From: a virus | IMG/VR virus record: IMGVR_UViG_2919289632_000001 | Direction: 5' to 3' (one strand) | DNA: 38,470 nt | Shown: piece after piece, positions 23,252 through 33,113 of the stretch | Numbering within the stretch: the first letter of the stretch is position 1 | Layout of the letters: every line of letters begins with the position of its first letter | Translations under genes and position numbers: made by a program | The notes under the pieces: generated by a model | What the model was told of the DNA's origin: nothing | Database searches by the model: none | What the model saw: only the letters and a program-made list of their open reading frames with translations

Positions 23252-23899
23252 ATGTCACGCACCCCTACCGGCACCATTCACTCGGTCGCCACTCTGCTCG
23301 CTAACGCCAAGACGGTGACTGCGGTCACCAACGCGGCCGAGGCTGTCGTCTCTTCCACCGCCCACGGCTACAGCAACAACGACATCGTCGTGATGTTCTC
23401 GTCCTGGGGCCGGCTGAACGCTCGCGCGTTTCGCATCAAGGGCGTCACCACGGACACGTTCATCTTGGAGCGCGCCAACACCACCAATACCGAGTTCTAC
23501 ACCCCTGGTGGCGGCGCGGGCACGGTGCAGAAGGTCTCGACCTGGGTTGACCTGGACAAGACCCTGAACCACAACTCCAGCGGTGGCGAAGCCAAGACCG
23601 TGACCGTGAAGTTCATCGAAAGCGACGTGGAAATTGTGCTGAACGACGGCTTCACCGCCGTGCAGCGCACCTTCGAAATGGACGCCGACATGATCGGCAC
23701 GCCAGCCTACGAAGCGCTGAAGATGCTCTCGGAAACCGATGCCTTCACGGTGGTGCGCCGCCGCGCGAAGTCCGGCGCTATCTCGTTGATCCCCGCAAAG
23801 GTCAGCTTCAACGAAGAAGAAACCCTGACCGAGGGCCAGGCGGTGGTGGTGAAGGGCACGTTCAACGCCCAGAACGTGAGCACCCGCTACCCATCGTGA
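23252..23899 (+). CDS. Major tail (tube) protein
   Basis: ATG 23252 has GAAAGG upstream. 215 aa and beta-rich. It lies between the tail terminator and chaperone genes. Confidence 0.8.
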   Translation: MSRTPTGTIHSVATLLANAKTVTAVTNAAEAVVSSTAHGYSNNDIVVMFSSWGRLNARAFRIKGVTTDTFILERANTTNTEFYTPGGGAGTVQKVSTWVDLDKTLNHNSSGGEAKTVTVKFIESDVEIVLNDGFTAVQRTFEMDADMIGTPAYEALKMLSETDAFTVVRRRAKSGAISLIPAKVSFNEEETLTEGQAVVVKGTFNAQNVSTRYPS

Positions 23900-24003
23900 T
23901 TCCCGGGCCGTAGGCCCGCAACCTGCACCGACGCATCCATGTTCTTCCTTTCGCAGAGGAAGGCATGGGTGCGCACGGGCTTTTCACTCTGCGAAAGAAA
24001 GAC

Positions 24004-24567
24004 ATGACCGAAGCCAAGAAAGACCCCGTTCCCGTATTCGTGCTCAAGCGTCTGGGCAGCCAGGCTCCCGAGTTCGATATGCCGGTCGATATCCAGAAGC
24101 TGGACGGCACCCCCGCGCGCCTGACGCTGCGCTGCAAGGCGCTCAAGAAGACCGAGTGGGCGGGGATCAAGGACGCCCGGCAGCGTGAGGCCATCGAGGC
24201 GACGCTGAATGAAAAGGTGGCCGCCGAAGCCAAGTCGCAGGAAAAACCGACCACCGACGAGAAGGCCACCAAGGGCAAGGCGAAGGCCAAGGCGCCAGCC
24301 GCTGAGACCCCGAAGGACGCCAACGCGCTGCGCGAAGTGGTGCTACGCACCTTCGATGAAAACACCCTGACCAGCGCGGTCAACGACGCTTTGAAGACCG
24401 ACGCGTCGCTGGTGCTGAAGTTCGCTATCGGCTGGGATCTGGAAGACGAGTTCACTGCGGCCAATCTCGAAGCGCTGGAGAACGAGTTCGCCGGATCCCT
24501 GGAGGCTGCGATCAACGCATTCAACCTGGCGGTGTTCCACGGCCGGGTGGGAAACTCGAAGCCATAG
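24004..24567 (+). CDS. Tail assembly chaperone (gpG analogue)
   Basis: ATG 24004. It is acidic/Lys-rich and ends just after the slippery heptamer. Confidence 0.8.
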   Translation: MTEAKKDPVPVFVLKRLGSQAPEFDMPVDIQKLDGTPARLTLRCKALKKTEWAGIKDARQREAIEATLNEKVAAEAKSQEKPTTDEKATKGKAKAKAPAAETPKDANALREVVLRTFDENTLTSAVNDALKTDASLVLKFAIGWDLEDEFTAANLEALENEFAGSLEAAINAFNLAVFHGRVGNSKP

Positions 24568-24890
24568 CCCACGCGTTCTACGTTCCGGCCTACACCGAGG
24601 CGGAGGCTCATTCCGAAGGCTGGGAGCTGGAGGACTACGAGAGCGAGACGCTGGAGGTGTGGCCGGACAACGAACGCGCCATGGATGCATTCAGGCGGGT
24701 GGGCACCCGCTGGATGTATGGGGCTATGGGCGGTGTGCCCACCGGCCTGCGTTGGGAGGCCATCTATCCGCTGATTGATCGTATGGGCTTGCAGCCCGAG
24801 GAGTGGGATGAGCTGGTCGCCGAGTTGCAGGTGATGGAAATAGCGGCTATCGAGACGATGCGAAAGCACGCTCCGAAGCCAGCGAAATGA
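24004..24890 (+). CDS. Tail assembly chaperone, -1 frameshift fusion product (gpGT analogue)
   Basis: The -1 frame is open from 24549 to 24890. Its peptide VWPDNERAMDAFRRVGTRWMYGAMGGVPTGLRWEAIYPLIDRMGL...MEIAAIE resembles DUF1799-type gpT segments. Confidence 0.7.
24549..24555 (+). promoter_or_regulatory. -1 programmed frameshift slippery heptamer G GGA AAC
   Basis: An X XXY YYZ heptamer in the G frame, four codons before the G stop codon. Confidence 0.75.
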
Positions 24891-24947
24891 AGGATTCTCT
24901 GCGGTGGCGCTAGCGTTAACATGGCCCTTTCAAAATTTGGAGGGGAC

Positions 24948-25439
24948 ATGCGTATTCCGATTGTTGTAGCGATACTTTGTGTGTCTTTGTGCGCCAGCGC
25001 CCAGACGCCTGTCCAGTTTGCTGGCAATGCAAAGCGAGCAGCTGCTGATATGCAACAGGCAGTTTCGGAAATTAAAGAACTTCCTCCAGGGAAATACCGT
25101 AAAGCCACATACAGGCTGGATGAAACAACGACTTGGGATGTCAAAAAGACGGACTCTATGCTGAATCCGATCCAGGCCGTTGTGAAAGCAAGCATTGTCG
25201 GAGGGATGTCGGATGCGTTCGCGTCTCAGGAGGACGCCGGACGGGCTGACACCACAATTGTTAGCTCAACAAAGATTGAGTTGACTTACGTTCCTTCGGC
25301 GACCGGATGGGTTTTTCTAGATGGTCGTTTGTATGCTGAGCCTCTTCGCTCATGGCTGCCGGTCGAGTACGACAAGTGCGCCGGGAAAAAGGTTTTCATC
25401 TGCTCTGTGGTTGACTCGTTTGCAGTAAAGAGCAAATAA
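24948..25439 (+). CDS. Secreted protein of unknown function (moron)
   Basis: ATG 24948 has GGAGG 4 nt upstream. The Sec signal is MRIPIVVAILCVSLCASA/QT. GC is visibly lower than in the flanks, and a terminator follows. Confidence 0.75.
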   Translation: MRIPIVVAILCVSLCASAQTPVQFAGNAKRAAADMQQAVSEIKELPPGKYRKATYRLDETTTWDVKKTDSMLNPIQAVVKASIVGGMSDAFASQEDAGRADTTIVSSTKIELTYVPSATGWVFLDGRLYAEPLRSWLPVEYDKCAGKKVFICSVVDSFAVKSK

Positions 25440-25462
25440 AGCAACCAGCCACCAGTATTCGC

Positions 25463-25484
25463 AACCGCCTTCGGGCGGTTTTTT
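25463..25484 (+). terminator. Intrinsic terminator (UUCG loop) after the moron
   Basis: AACCGCC-TTCG-GGCGGTT followed by a T-run. Confidence 0.6.
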
Positions 25485-25531
25485 CATTTCAGGGCTCGCC
25501 ATTGGCGGGCCCTTTGCATTTGGGTGAACGA

Positions 25532-28500
25532 ATGGCCGATCTGAAAGACGAGATCAAGCTGGTAGCGAACGCTGATGGCGTGGAGACAGGTGTCTCGCGC
25601 GCGAAGCGTTCGCTCGCCACCTTGGGCCAGGCTGTTGACCAAGTGGGCGAGCAAGGCGAAAGGGGCTTCAAGCGCTTTGGCGCTGGCAGCGATGAAGCTG
25701 GCCGCCGCATCGACTCCACCACCAAGGGCATGGTCTCCAGCCTGCAGCGACAGATTGCAGCCCTGGAAGCCGGTGGCACTGCGACGCGTCAGTACCAGGA
25801 GAGCATTGCGCGCCTGCGTGGCGCGGACATGAACGTCCTGAAGCCCTACCTTGACCAATTGGACGCAGCCAAGACCAAGGCGGAAGGCGCGGCCAAGGCC
25901 AATCAGGGCATGGAAAAGAGCATGGGCACGCTCGGCACTGCCGCCGGGTTCCTGCGCGCCCAGATGGTGGCTCTCGTCGGGAGCTTCACGTTTGCAGCTG
26001 GGGTCGCCTATGTCCGCCAGATGACGGACGCGCTTGACGCGCTGAACGATGTGAAGGACGCCACCGGTGCGTCCATCGAAAACATCAGCGCCCTGGAGAA
26101 CGTGGCCATGCGTACCGGCACCACTCTGGACGTGGTGACGACCAGCATGGTCAAGCTGAATGAGGTCCTGAACAAGGCGAAGCCAGGAAGCGACCAAGCG
26201 CTGGCCTTGAAGGCTATCGGGCTGGAAGCTGAAGAGCTCCGCAAGCTCGATCCCGCAGAGGCGTTGCGACGCGTGGCGGTGGCCCTCTCGGAATACGCCG
26301 ACGATGGCAACAAGGCGCGTCTCGTGCAGGGGTTCTTCAGCAAGAGCATCCGCGAGATGGCGCCGTTCCTCGCTGACCTGGCTGAACAAACTCAGCTGGT
26401 CGGCAAGGTCACTTCCGAGCAAACGGCTGAGGCTGAAAAATTCAACAAGCAACTGTTCGAGCTGAAGACTCGTTCGGCTGATGCAGGCCGCGCCATGGTT
26501 TCGGGGATGCTGCCTGGACTGAACCAGATCGCCGAAGCGATGAACAAGGGCGCCAAAGAGGGCGGCTTGCTGCTCGGGGTGTATCGGGCAATCGCTGAAT
26601 TCGGCAGCATCGCGTTCGGGACAGACAAGCTTGGCAAGGAGCTTTCTGCCGCCAAGGACTATCGGGCGGAGATGACACGCCTCTCGCGCCTCATGCAGGG
26701 CCCGCTGCTCGTTCAAGAGCGCGACCCAGAAAATGACGCCAACAATCGTCGTGTCGCATCGTTGCGCGCTCAGTTAGAAGCCGTCCAGAAGAAGGCGCTT
26801 CAAGCAACCGATGCGATCAAAGGACTGGTTGATCCGCCCAAGCCTCCAGAAGCGCCAGAAAAACCCAGCGTGGTTGCGCCCGAGGATGCGGCGACCCTGA
26901 ACGCTGCTCTGAACGACGCCCTGGCCGCCCGCCTGCAGGCCTACAAGAACAACGACAAAGCCATCCTGGACAACCGCAAGGCGTTCTACGACACGCTGGG
27001 GCTGCTCACCAAGCTTGGCACGAAGTCCGAGCTGGATGCGGTCGAGGAATCGCTGGCCAAGGAAGAGGAAGTCTGGGCGGAGCGCAAGGCGAACTTCACC
27101 GCTGAACTCGCCGAAGCCACCAAGAAGAAGAACTCTCAGGCAGAGATCGCCCGCATAACGGGCCAGATGCAGGACGCCGAGCGCGACTACTACCAGACGG
27201 TGGCGAAGCTGCGCGCGGACGCCACGCTCGCGGAGCAGAAGTACAGCGACGCACTGGCCGACCGCATCTCGAAGCAATTGGCAGCCGCTGGAGCGGCGCA
27301 GGAACAGGTGCGCCTAGCGCAACTTGAAGGCAAGGCCATCGGCCTGACCGGTGACGCCCTGCGCGAGCACAACCAGCTGCAGGTGGAGGACAAGGCTCGC
27401 CGCCTTGAAGCCCTGGCGCTGTGGGCGAGTGGTGTTGACGCTTCTGGAAAGCTGGCCCAGGCCTACCTGGACGAAGCTGCCGCGCTGCGCAAGCTGCACA
27501 CCGAGCAGGGCGCCAACCGTTCCGCCCAGCTCGTGAACGAGTACGTGAAGGGCATCGAGGACAGCAACAAGCTGTTGCAGGCAGAGCTCGGCTTGATGGG
27601 GCAGTCTGAGCAGGCGCGTAACACCGCGCTTGAGCAGCTGCGCATCCAGCTCGACCTGGAAAAGAAGATCGCCGAGGTGAAGTCCTTGGAAGGGGACACC
27701 CCTGAGCGCGCCGCGCGCATCGCCCAGCTCGAAGCTGGCGCAGCCATCGCGAAGGCGAACGCGGCCAACAAGGCGTTCCTGGACGAGTGGAAGACCTCCG
27801 TCGGTAAGTACGACGACATCTTCCGCCAGGGCTTCGCCGACATGCTGAACAACGGCAAAAACGGTTGGAAGAGCTTCACGAAGAGCCTGGCCACCACGTT
27901 CAAGACCACCGTCGCCGATCAGCTGTACAAGGCGTTTGCGCAGCCGTTCGTGGTGAACATCGTCGGGAACCTGCTGGGGTTGCTGGGCGGCGGCGCCAGC
28001 GCAGTGGTCGGCGGGGCTGCTGCGGCCGCTTCTGGCGGCTCTGCGCTTAGTGGCTTGGGCACCCTTGCCTCGGGCGCGTCTCTGATTGCTGGCAACTTCG
28101 GCGCGGGCCTGACCACAGGCCTCGGGCAGCTGATGAGCGGCAACATCGTGGGCGGCCTGCAGCTGGGCACCGGCCTGATCGGCTCTGGTGCAACGGCCGG
28201 CGGGCTTGGCACCATCATGGGCGTGTTGGGCCCTATTGCTTTGGGCGTGGGCGCACTGATGGCCATCGCGAAGGCCACCAAGGGCGAAACCCGCACCGGC
28301 GGTCAGTTCGGCGTGTCGTTCGACGGCACCGTGACCAACCAGCGCCGGGGGCAGACTTACACCTACCAGGGCCAGCAGTTCGACCGCGACTTCTCCAACG
28401 GCCAGCGCAACGCGCTGATCGCGGGCCAGGCCTATCGCCTGGAAGGCGACCCGGTGCAGAACGAGCAGGCTATCCGCGATGCAGTCTCGGGCACGGCCAG

Positions 28501-30628
28501 CGGCATCAATGCCTTCCTGAAGGCGTTGGGCAGCAAGGCCACGCTCACCGGCTTCTCTGCGGGCCTGGAGACCTCCAGCAAGGGCCGGGGCGGTGTTTTT
28601 GCAGGCGGGATCTTGTCCGATGGCATCACCTTTGGCGAGAGCGGCAAGGGCGACAACTACGCGGGCACGCTGTACGAAAAGTTCAGCACCAACAGCCCGG
28701 ACTTCAAGACCGCGCTGGAGAACTTCACGCTCGACCTGAAGCAGTCCACCATCCAGGCACTGCAGTCAGTGGGTGACATCCCGCAGACCGTGCAGAAGAT
28801 GCTCAAGGGAGTGGATGCCGAAGCCCTGAGCGAAGAGGCTGCCAACGCGCTGCTGGAGTCCATCAACGCCCAGATCCTGGGGGTGCAGAACCTCACCAGC
28901 GCATTCGAGGCCATGGGCCTGGACAAGCTGGCGCAGATGGGTTTCGACGCTGCTTCAGGCCTGGCCGCTGCTGCGGGTGGGTTTGACAAGCTGCAAACCA
29001 ACCTGAACACCTACTACGACAACTTCTACACCGATGAGCAAAAGCGCGCCAACTTGCAAAAGCAGTTGGACAAGCAGTTTGCAGCGCTGGGCATCGACGT
29101 GCCCAAGAACCGCGAGGAGTTCAGCCGCCTGGTCGAAGACACCCTGGCGCAGGTGGAGGTGCAGGACAAGGCGCGCGCGTCTCTGTCACAGCAGATCAAC
29201 GATGCCGTCGCAGGCGCAGGCAAGGACGGCTTCACGCTGGCCGACGCCGCCGGTCGCAGCATCGTGTCCGGCATCAACCCGGCATTGCTGGGCGACGGCC
29301 CCGCCGACCCGGCCCTGGCTGGCAAGCTCAACGGGTTCCTGGCTGGTGTCAGCGACCTGGCCGCCAAGGGCCTCGACCCAGTCGCATTCGACAAGGGTCT
29401 GGCTGGGCTGATTGATGTGAACGCCGAGGTGCTCGGCATCGGCAAAGACGCCTCCAAGACCGCCGCCACGCTGCTGGCCCTGTCTGGCACCTTCGCCCAG
29501 CTGAACGAAAGCGCCGACGACGCAGCAGCCCGCATCGCCAAGGAGCAGGCCGACGCCCGCGACAAGGCTCTGCGCGGCCTGGAGCGGGCCATCGCCAAGG
29601 AGAAGGAGGCGCTGCAGTCGCAGATCGATGTGGCGCAGGACGTGGCCAGCACCATGAGCGGCCTGTTCGATCTGCTCAAGTCCAACGTGCAGGAGCTGTA
29701 TGGCGAGGTGGACTCCACCCGCGCCATGCTGGCCGTGCAGGGCAACGACTTCATCACCCAGGCGCTGGCCACCGCCCGCACAACGGGTTACCTGCCCGAC
29801 GAAACCCAGCTGGCAGACGCCATCAGCGCAGCGCGCGGCGGCCTGGACCAGAACAGTTTCGGCAACAGTGCAGAACGCGACTATGCCGCGCTGGTGCTGG
29901 CCGGAAAGCTGTCGGAGTTGGAGGGCCTCACCGGCAAGCAACTCACCAGTGCCGAACTCACGGTGAAGGAGTTGGAGTCTCAAAGCAAACAGCTGGACAA
30001 GACGCTCGACTACTGGAAAGAGCAGATCGAGATCGCGAACGGCACCTACGAGGCAACCCTGAGCGTCACCGAGGCCATCAAGACTCTCGAAAAGCTGATG
30101 TTCCCTGACAAGGGCGAAATCGGCACGCTCAAGCCTCAGCAGGTGGGCGGCGTTGTCAGCGGCGGCGCTAGCTTTGGACCAGGCTATGGCAGCGTAGACA
30201 ACACGCCGGCCAAGATTGACCCAACCACGGGCAAGCGCACGTTCTCAGACGGTAGCTCGGACTACCTGACCGAAAACGAGCTTGATTTGTACCGGCGCGG
30301 CATTTTGGGGGGTGTCTACGCTTCCACTGCAATTCCGAAATTTGACGTCGGCACCAACTACGTGCCCCGCGACATGCTGGCCCAGATCCATGAGGGCGAG
30401 GCCATCGTGCCAAAGGCGTTCAACCCTTGGGCCAATGGCGGAGCAACCAGCTCCGGAGACGCCGAACTGATCGCCGAAGTTCGCGCGCTGCGCGAAGAGG
30501 TGAGAGCACTGCGTGTTGCCAATGAAGACACCGCCGACGCCAGCACGCAAACGGCCCAGGTGCTCACTCGGGTGACGCAGAACGGTAACGGAATGATCAT
30601 CACCGACGCCCCATTGGTGGCTGCGTGA
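25532..30628 (+). CDS. Tape measure protein (1698 aa)
   Basis: ATG 25532. It has long coiled-coil regions, a Gly/Ala-rich hydrophobic block (about 27960-28280), and a C-terminal FDVGTNYVPRDMLAQIHEGEAIVP motif. Confidence 0.95.
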   Translation: MADLKDEIKLVANADGVETGVSRAKRSLATLGQAVDQVGEQGERGFKRFGAGSDEAGRRIDSTTKGMVSSLQRQIAALEAGGTATRQYQESIARLRGADMNVLKPYLDQLDAAKTKAEGAAKANQGMEKSMGTLGTAAGFLRAQMVALVGSFTFAAGVAYVRQMTDALDALNDVKDATGASIENISALENVAMRTGTTLDVVTTSMVKLNEVLNKAKPGSDQALALKAIGLEAEELRKLDPAEALRRVAVALSEYADDGNKARLVQGFFSKSIREMAPFLADLAEQTQLVGKVTSEQTAEAEKFNKQLFELKTRSADAGRAMVSGMLPGLNQIAEAMNKGAKEGGLLLGVYRAIAEFGSIAFGTDKLGKELSAAKDYRAEMTRLSRLMQGPLLVQERDPENDANNRRVASLRAQLEAVQKKALQATDAIKGLVDPPKPPEAPEKPSVVAPEDAATLNAALNDALAARLQAYKNNDKAILDNRKAFYDTLGLLTKLGTKSELDAVEESLAKEEEVWAERKANFTAELAEATKKKNSQAEIARITGQMQDAERDYYQTVAKLRADATLAEQKYSDALADRISKQLAAAGAAQEQVRLAQLEGKAIGLTGDALREHNQLQVEDKARRLEALALWASGVDASGKLAQAYLDEAAALRKLHTEQGANRSAQLVNEYVKGIEDSNKLLQAELGLMGQSEQARNTALEQLRIQLDLEKKIAEVKSLEGDTPERAARIAQLEAGAAIAKANAANKAFLDEWKTSVGKYDDIFRQGFADMLNNGKNGWKSFTKSLATTFKTTVADQLYKAFAQPFVVNIVGNLLGLLGGGASAVVGGAAAAASGGSALSGLGTLASGASLIAGNFGAGLTTGLGQLMSGNIVGGLQLGTGLIGSGATAGGLGTIMGVLGPIALGVGALMAIAKATKGETRTGGQFGVSFDGTVTNQRRGQTYTYQGQQFDRDFSNGQRNALIAGQAYRLEGDPVQNEQAIRDAVSGTASGINAFLKALGSKATLTGFSAGLETSSKGRGGVFAGGILSDGITFGESGKGDNYAGTLYEKFSTNSPDFKTALENFTLDLKQSTIQALQSVGDIPQTVQKMLKGVDAEALSEEAANALLESINAQILGVQNLTSAFEAMGLDKLAQMGFDAASGLAAAAGGFDKLQTNLNTYYDNFYTDEQKRANLQKQLDKQFAALGIDVPKNREEFSRLVEDTLAQVEVQDKARASLSQQINDAVAGAGKDGFTLADAAGRSIVSGINPALLGDGPADPALAGKLNGFLAGVSDLAAKGLDPVAFDKGLAGLIDVNAEVLGIGKDASKTAATLLALSGTFAQLNESADDAAARIAKEQADARDKALRGLERAIAKEKEALQSQIDVAQDVASTMSGLFDLLKSNVQELYGEVDSTRAMLAVQGNDFITQALATARTTGYLPDETQLADAISAARGGLDQNSFGNSAERDYAALVLAGKLSELEGLTGKQLTSAELTVKELESQSKQLDKTLDYWKEQIEIANGTYEATLSVTEAIKTLEKLMFPDKGEIGTLKPQQVGGVVSGGASFGPGYGSVDNTPAKIDPTTGKRTFSDGSSDYLTENELDLYRRGILGGVYASTAIPKFDVGTNYVPRDMLAQIHEGEAIVPKAFNPWANGGATSSGDAELIAEVRALREEVRALRVANEDTADASTQTAQVLTRVTQNGNGMIITDAPLVAA

Positions 30629-30634
30629 GGGCCT

Positions 30635-31594
30635 ATGTACTACATCGACAGAATCACGCTCACTGATGCCAGCTTTCTTGCGGGCAGCGTGGCGGAGCCC
30701 GCAGCCGGAGAAACCGTCTGGGCCGTTGGGGCGCATGCCGTAGGCGACGAGGTGATCCGCCCGAGCCTGCACCGCGTCTTCAAATGCGCCGTGGCGCGCA
30801 CTGGTGCGGACACTCTGCCGCCGGAGCAGGACGCAACCTCATGGAAAGACATGCGCTCCACAAAGCGTTGGACACCCTTGGGGCCCCTGGTGCGTGCTGA
30901 CGGGAAGCTCGTGTACGAAAGCCACGCGCTGGAAAGCACGTCGGGCGACATCGAGTACCACCTCAAACTGAGGTACTGCAACGCGGTGGCGCTCTATGGT
31001 CTGCGAGGCGCGGAGTGGAGCGTGGAGGTGTATGCAAACGACGCCGCCCCAACGCCGGTAAAGACTTTCACCGGCACCATAAAAGCGCCCGCCATGGGCT
31101 ACTACGACTACGCCTATGGACAGCGCCGCTACCGCGACCGCAAGTTGATCACCGGCTTGCCGATCTACCCGGCCGCCAAGGTGGTCATCAAGATCAAGGG
31201 CAGCGGCAGCCAAATGCGTCGCGTCACGCAGATTGATGTGGGTCGATTGCGCTTCATCCCTGGCATGAGTTGGGGTGGGGTCCTTGCGGGCCTCACACGC
31301 ACGCCGAGGGCGTACACCTACCGCACCGAGGAGAAAGACGGAAGCAGCACCACCTTGATCTACGGCACCACCTACGACATGGCCGGCCAGATCAAGCTGA
31401 ACGGCAGCTCCGAGGACAACGCCCTGGTGCAGCTGCGCAACCTGCTTGGCAAAGGCGTCTCCTTTGCTCCAACCCTGGCCCCAGGCTTTGAACAGAGCCT
31501 TGTGTTCGGAACGCTGGAAGAAGCGCCAACGACTCGCGAGTCCAAGCCCATCAGCTCGATCAGTTTTCAGATCCGTGGCCTGCCCACATCCTGA
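30635..31594 (+). CDS. Minor/distal tail protein (319 aa)
   Basis: First gene after the tape measure, with GAGGG upstream. No family recognised. Confidence 0.7.
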   Translation: MYYIDRITLTDASFLAGSVAEPAAGETVWAVGAHAVGDEVIRPSLHRVFKCAVARTGADTLPPEQDATSWKDMRSTKRWTPLGPLVRADGKLVYESHALESTSGDIEYHLKLRYCNAVALYGLRGAEWSVEVYANDAAPTPVKTFTGTIKAPAMGYYDYAYGQRRYRDRKLITGLPIYPAAKVVIKIKGSGSQMRRVTQIDVGRLRFIPGMSWGGVLAGLTRTPRAYTYRTEEKDGSSTTLIYGTTYDMAGQIKLNGSSEDNALVQLRNLLGKGVSFAPTLAPGFEQSLVFGTLEEAPTTRESKPISSISFQIRGLPTS

Positions 31595-31614
31595 CTCATT
31601 GAAGAAAGGCACCC

Positions 31615-32280
31615 ATGCCCATTGCACCGCCACCGGCCATTGAACCGGCCCCCACCGTGCCATCTTCGGCCAGCGCCGAAGAGACCTTCGACGCCGCGTA
31701 TGAGGCGTTCAACACATGGGAAAAAAACGAACTGCAGCCCAAGCTGGCGCCACTTGCCGCCAATGTGTTCGCCAATGCCTCTGAGACGGTCGATGCGACC
31801 GAAGCTGCAGTGGCTGCGGCGGTCTCTGCGTCCACTGCCGCAAGCCAGGCCGTTGCCGCCGCCAACTTCAAGGGGTTGTGGCCCAGCATGACGGGCCCCC
31901 TGAACAAGCCCGCCTGCGTCAAGCACAACGGCCGGTTCTGGATGCTGCTCAACAACCTGGCGGATGTCACCACCAGCCAGCCCGGCGTTTCTGCAGACTG
32001 GACTGCGCTGAACGTGGGGCAGGTGTCGGCGCGCATCAGCGCCAACACCAACGCCGTGGCGGGCGTGTTCTACATCGCTACCACCCCAGGAATCACGCTC
32101 ACTTATGCGGGCGGGAGCTGGACGGCAGACGACGCCACGGGCGGGCGCAATGCCTCGGGCGGCAGCTGCTTCATCAACTGGGGGGCCTACACGGTGTCTG
32201 GCGAGACGCCCGAAGCCCCCATGTCCTGGCCCAACCGTGGCCGGTTTAACGCTGTCTACGACGGGAGCACCTTCGCATGA
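31615..32280 (+). CDS. Tail fibre-like protein with a carbohydrate-binding-type motif
   Basis: FKGLWPSMTGPLNKPACVKHNGRFWMLLNNLADVTTSQPGVSADWTAL resembles the CBM5/12-like segments of tail fibres. Confidence 0.65.
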   Translation: MPIAPPPAIEPAPTVPSSASAEETFDAAYEAFNTWEKNELQPKLAPLAANVFANASETVDATEAAVAAAVSASTAASQAVAAANFKGLWPSMTGPLNKPACVKHNGRFWMLLNNLADVTTSQPGVSADWTALNVGQVSARISANTNAVAGVFYIATTPGITLTYAGGSWTADDATGGRNASGGSCFINWGAYTVSGETPEAPMSWPNRGRFNAVYDGSTFA

Positions 32281-33113
32281 TCACATTCAACCAGGCATTC
32301 CCCAGTGGTGCCGCCTCGGGGGCGCTCGGCGGGTGGGCTTTGCCCATCCTGGCGTCCAAGTCCATCACCATCACCCGCAAGGGCAAGCTGCAGATCGCAG
32401 CCATGGGCGGCACCGGCTCGGGTGGGTTCACCGCCACCGGCGGGGAGGGCGCCACCGGTGCGAACTCTGCGCCCTGGGGCGTCAAGGTCATCGATGTCGC
32501 TGTCGGCGATGTGGTCGAGTTCGTGATCGGCGCGGGCGCTGCTGGGCAGACCGTGCCAGGTACGGGCATTGTGGGCAACGCCACGCTGGTCAAGCTCAAC
32601 GGCACCACCATCATGACGTGCAACCCTGGCGAGCCGGGTATCAAAGGCGCTTCGTTCCCCCTGGTTCAGACCGCCCCGACCGCGACTGTCGTGGGCGCGG
32701 ATTACTGGGTGCCGGGCCTTCGCTCCGGGCAGCTTGCTGCAGGCGCAGTGGCCTTTGGTGGCGCTGCTGTGGACGTGTTCCGCACAGGCCTCGGCCGCTC
32801 CACCGGCACGCCGGGCGGTAGCGTGGGAGCGGATGGCAGCTCCAACGGAACAACCTACACCGCCCCCCTGGCTCTGCCGTCTTTCGAGCTGGGCATCAGT
32901 TTCCTGGGCCTGAACACTGCGGGCCTGGCTGGGGTGGCGGGCAACCAGACCACGCCTGCCGGTGGCCTGTTTGCTGGCGGTGCTGGCTCTGTCTCTGGCA
33001 CCAACCCAGGCAAGGGTGGGCGCGGCGCGGGCGGGGGCGGCGGCTACGCCGGGACCAACAGCGGCCCTGGTGGCGACGGCTATGCATTCATCGTGTTCCA
33101 ACCCGAGGCTTGA
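32277..33113 (+). CDS. Glycine-rich tail fibre domain protein
   Basis: 278 aa, ATGA-coupled. It has Gly-rich repeats and ends GGGGGYAGTNSGPGGDGYAFIVF. Confidence 0.7.
   Translation: MITFNQAFPSGAASGALGGWALPILASKSITITRKGKLQIAAMGGTGSGGFTATGGEGATGANSAPWGVKVIDVAVGDVVEFVIGAGAAGQTVPGTGIVGNATLVKLNGTTIMTCNPGEPGIKGASFPLVQTAPTATVVGADYWVPGLRSGQLAAGAVAFGGAAVDVFRTGLGRSTGTPGGSVGADGSSNGTTYTAPLALPSFELGISFLGLNTAGLAGVAGNQTTPAGGLFAGGAGSVSGTNPGKGGRGAGGGGGYAGTNSGPGGDGYAFIVFQPEA

Noticed and set aside
25484-26716. 410-aa minus-strand ORF, and many other alternative-frame ORFs inside 25532..30628
   Set aside because: All lie within the continuous 1698-aa tape measure frame, which has coiled-coil repeats and the conserved C-terminal motif.
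32105-33101. Alternative-frame ORFs (32105..32821 plus strand, 32256..33101 minus strand) in the glycine-rich fibre gene
   Set aside because: GGN-rich coding DNA keeps all frames open. The 32277..33113 frame is ATGA-coupled and ends with the recognisable GDGYAFIVF motif.
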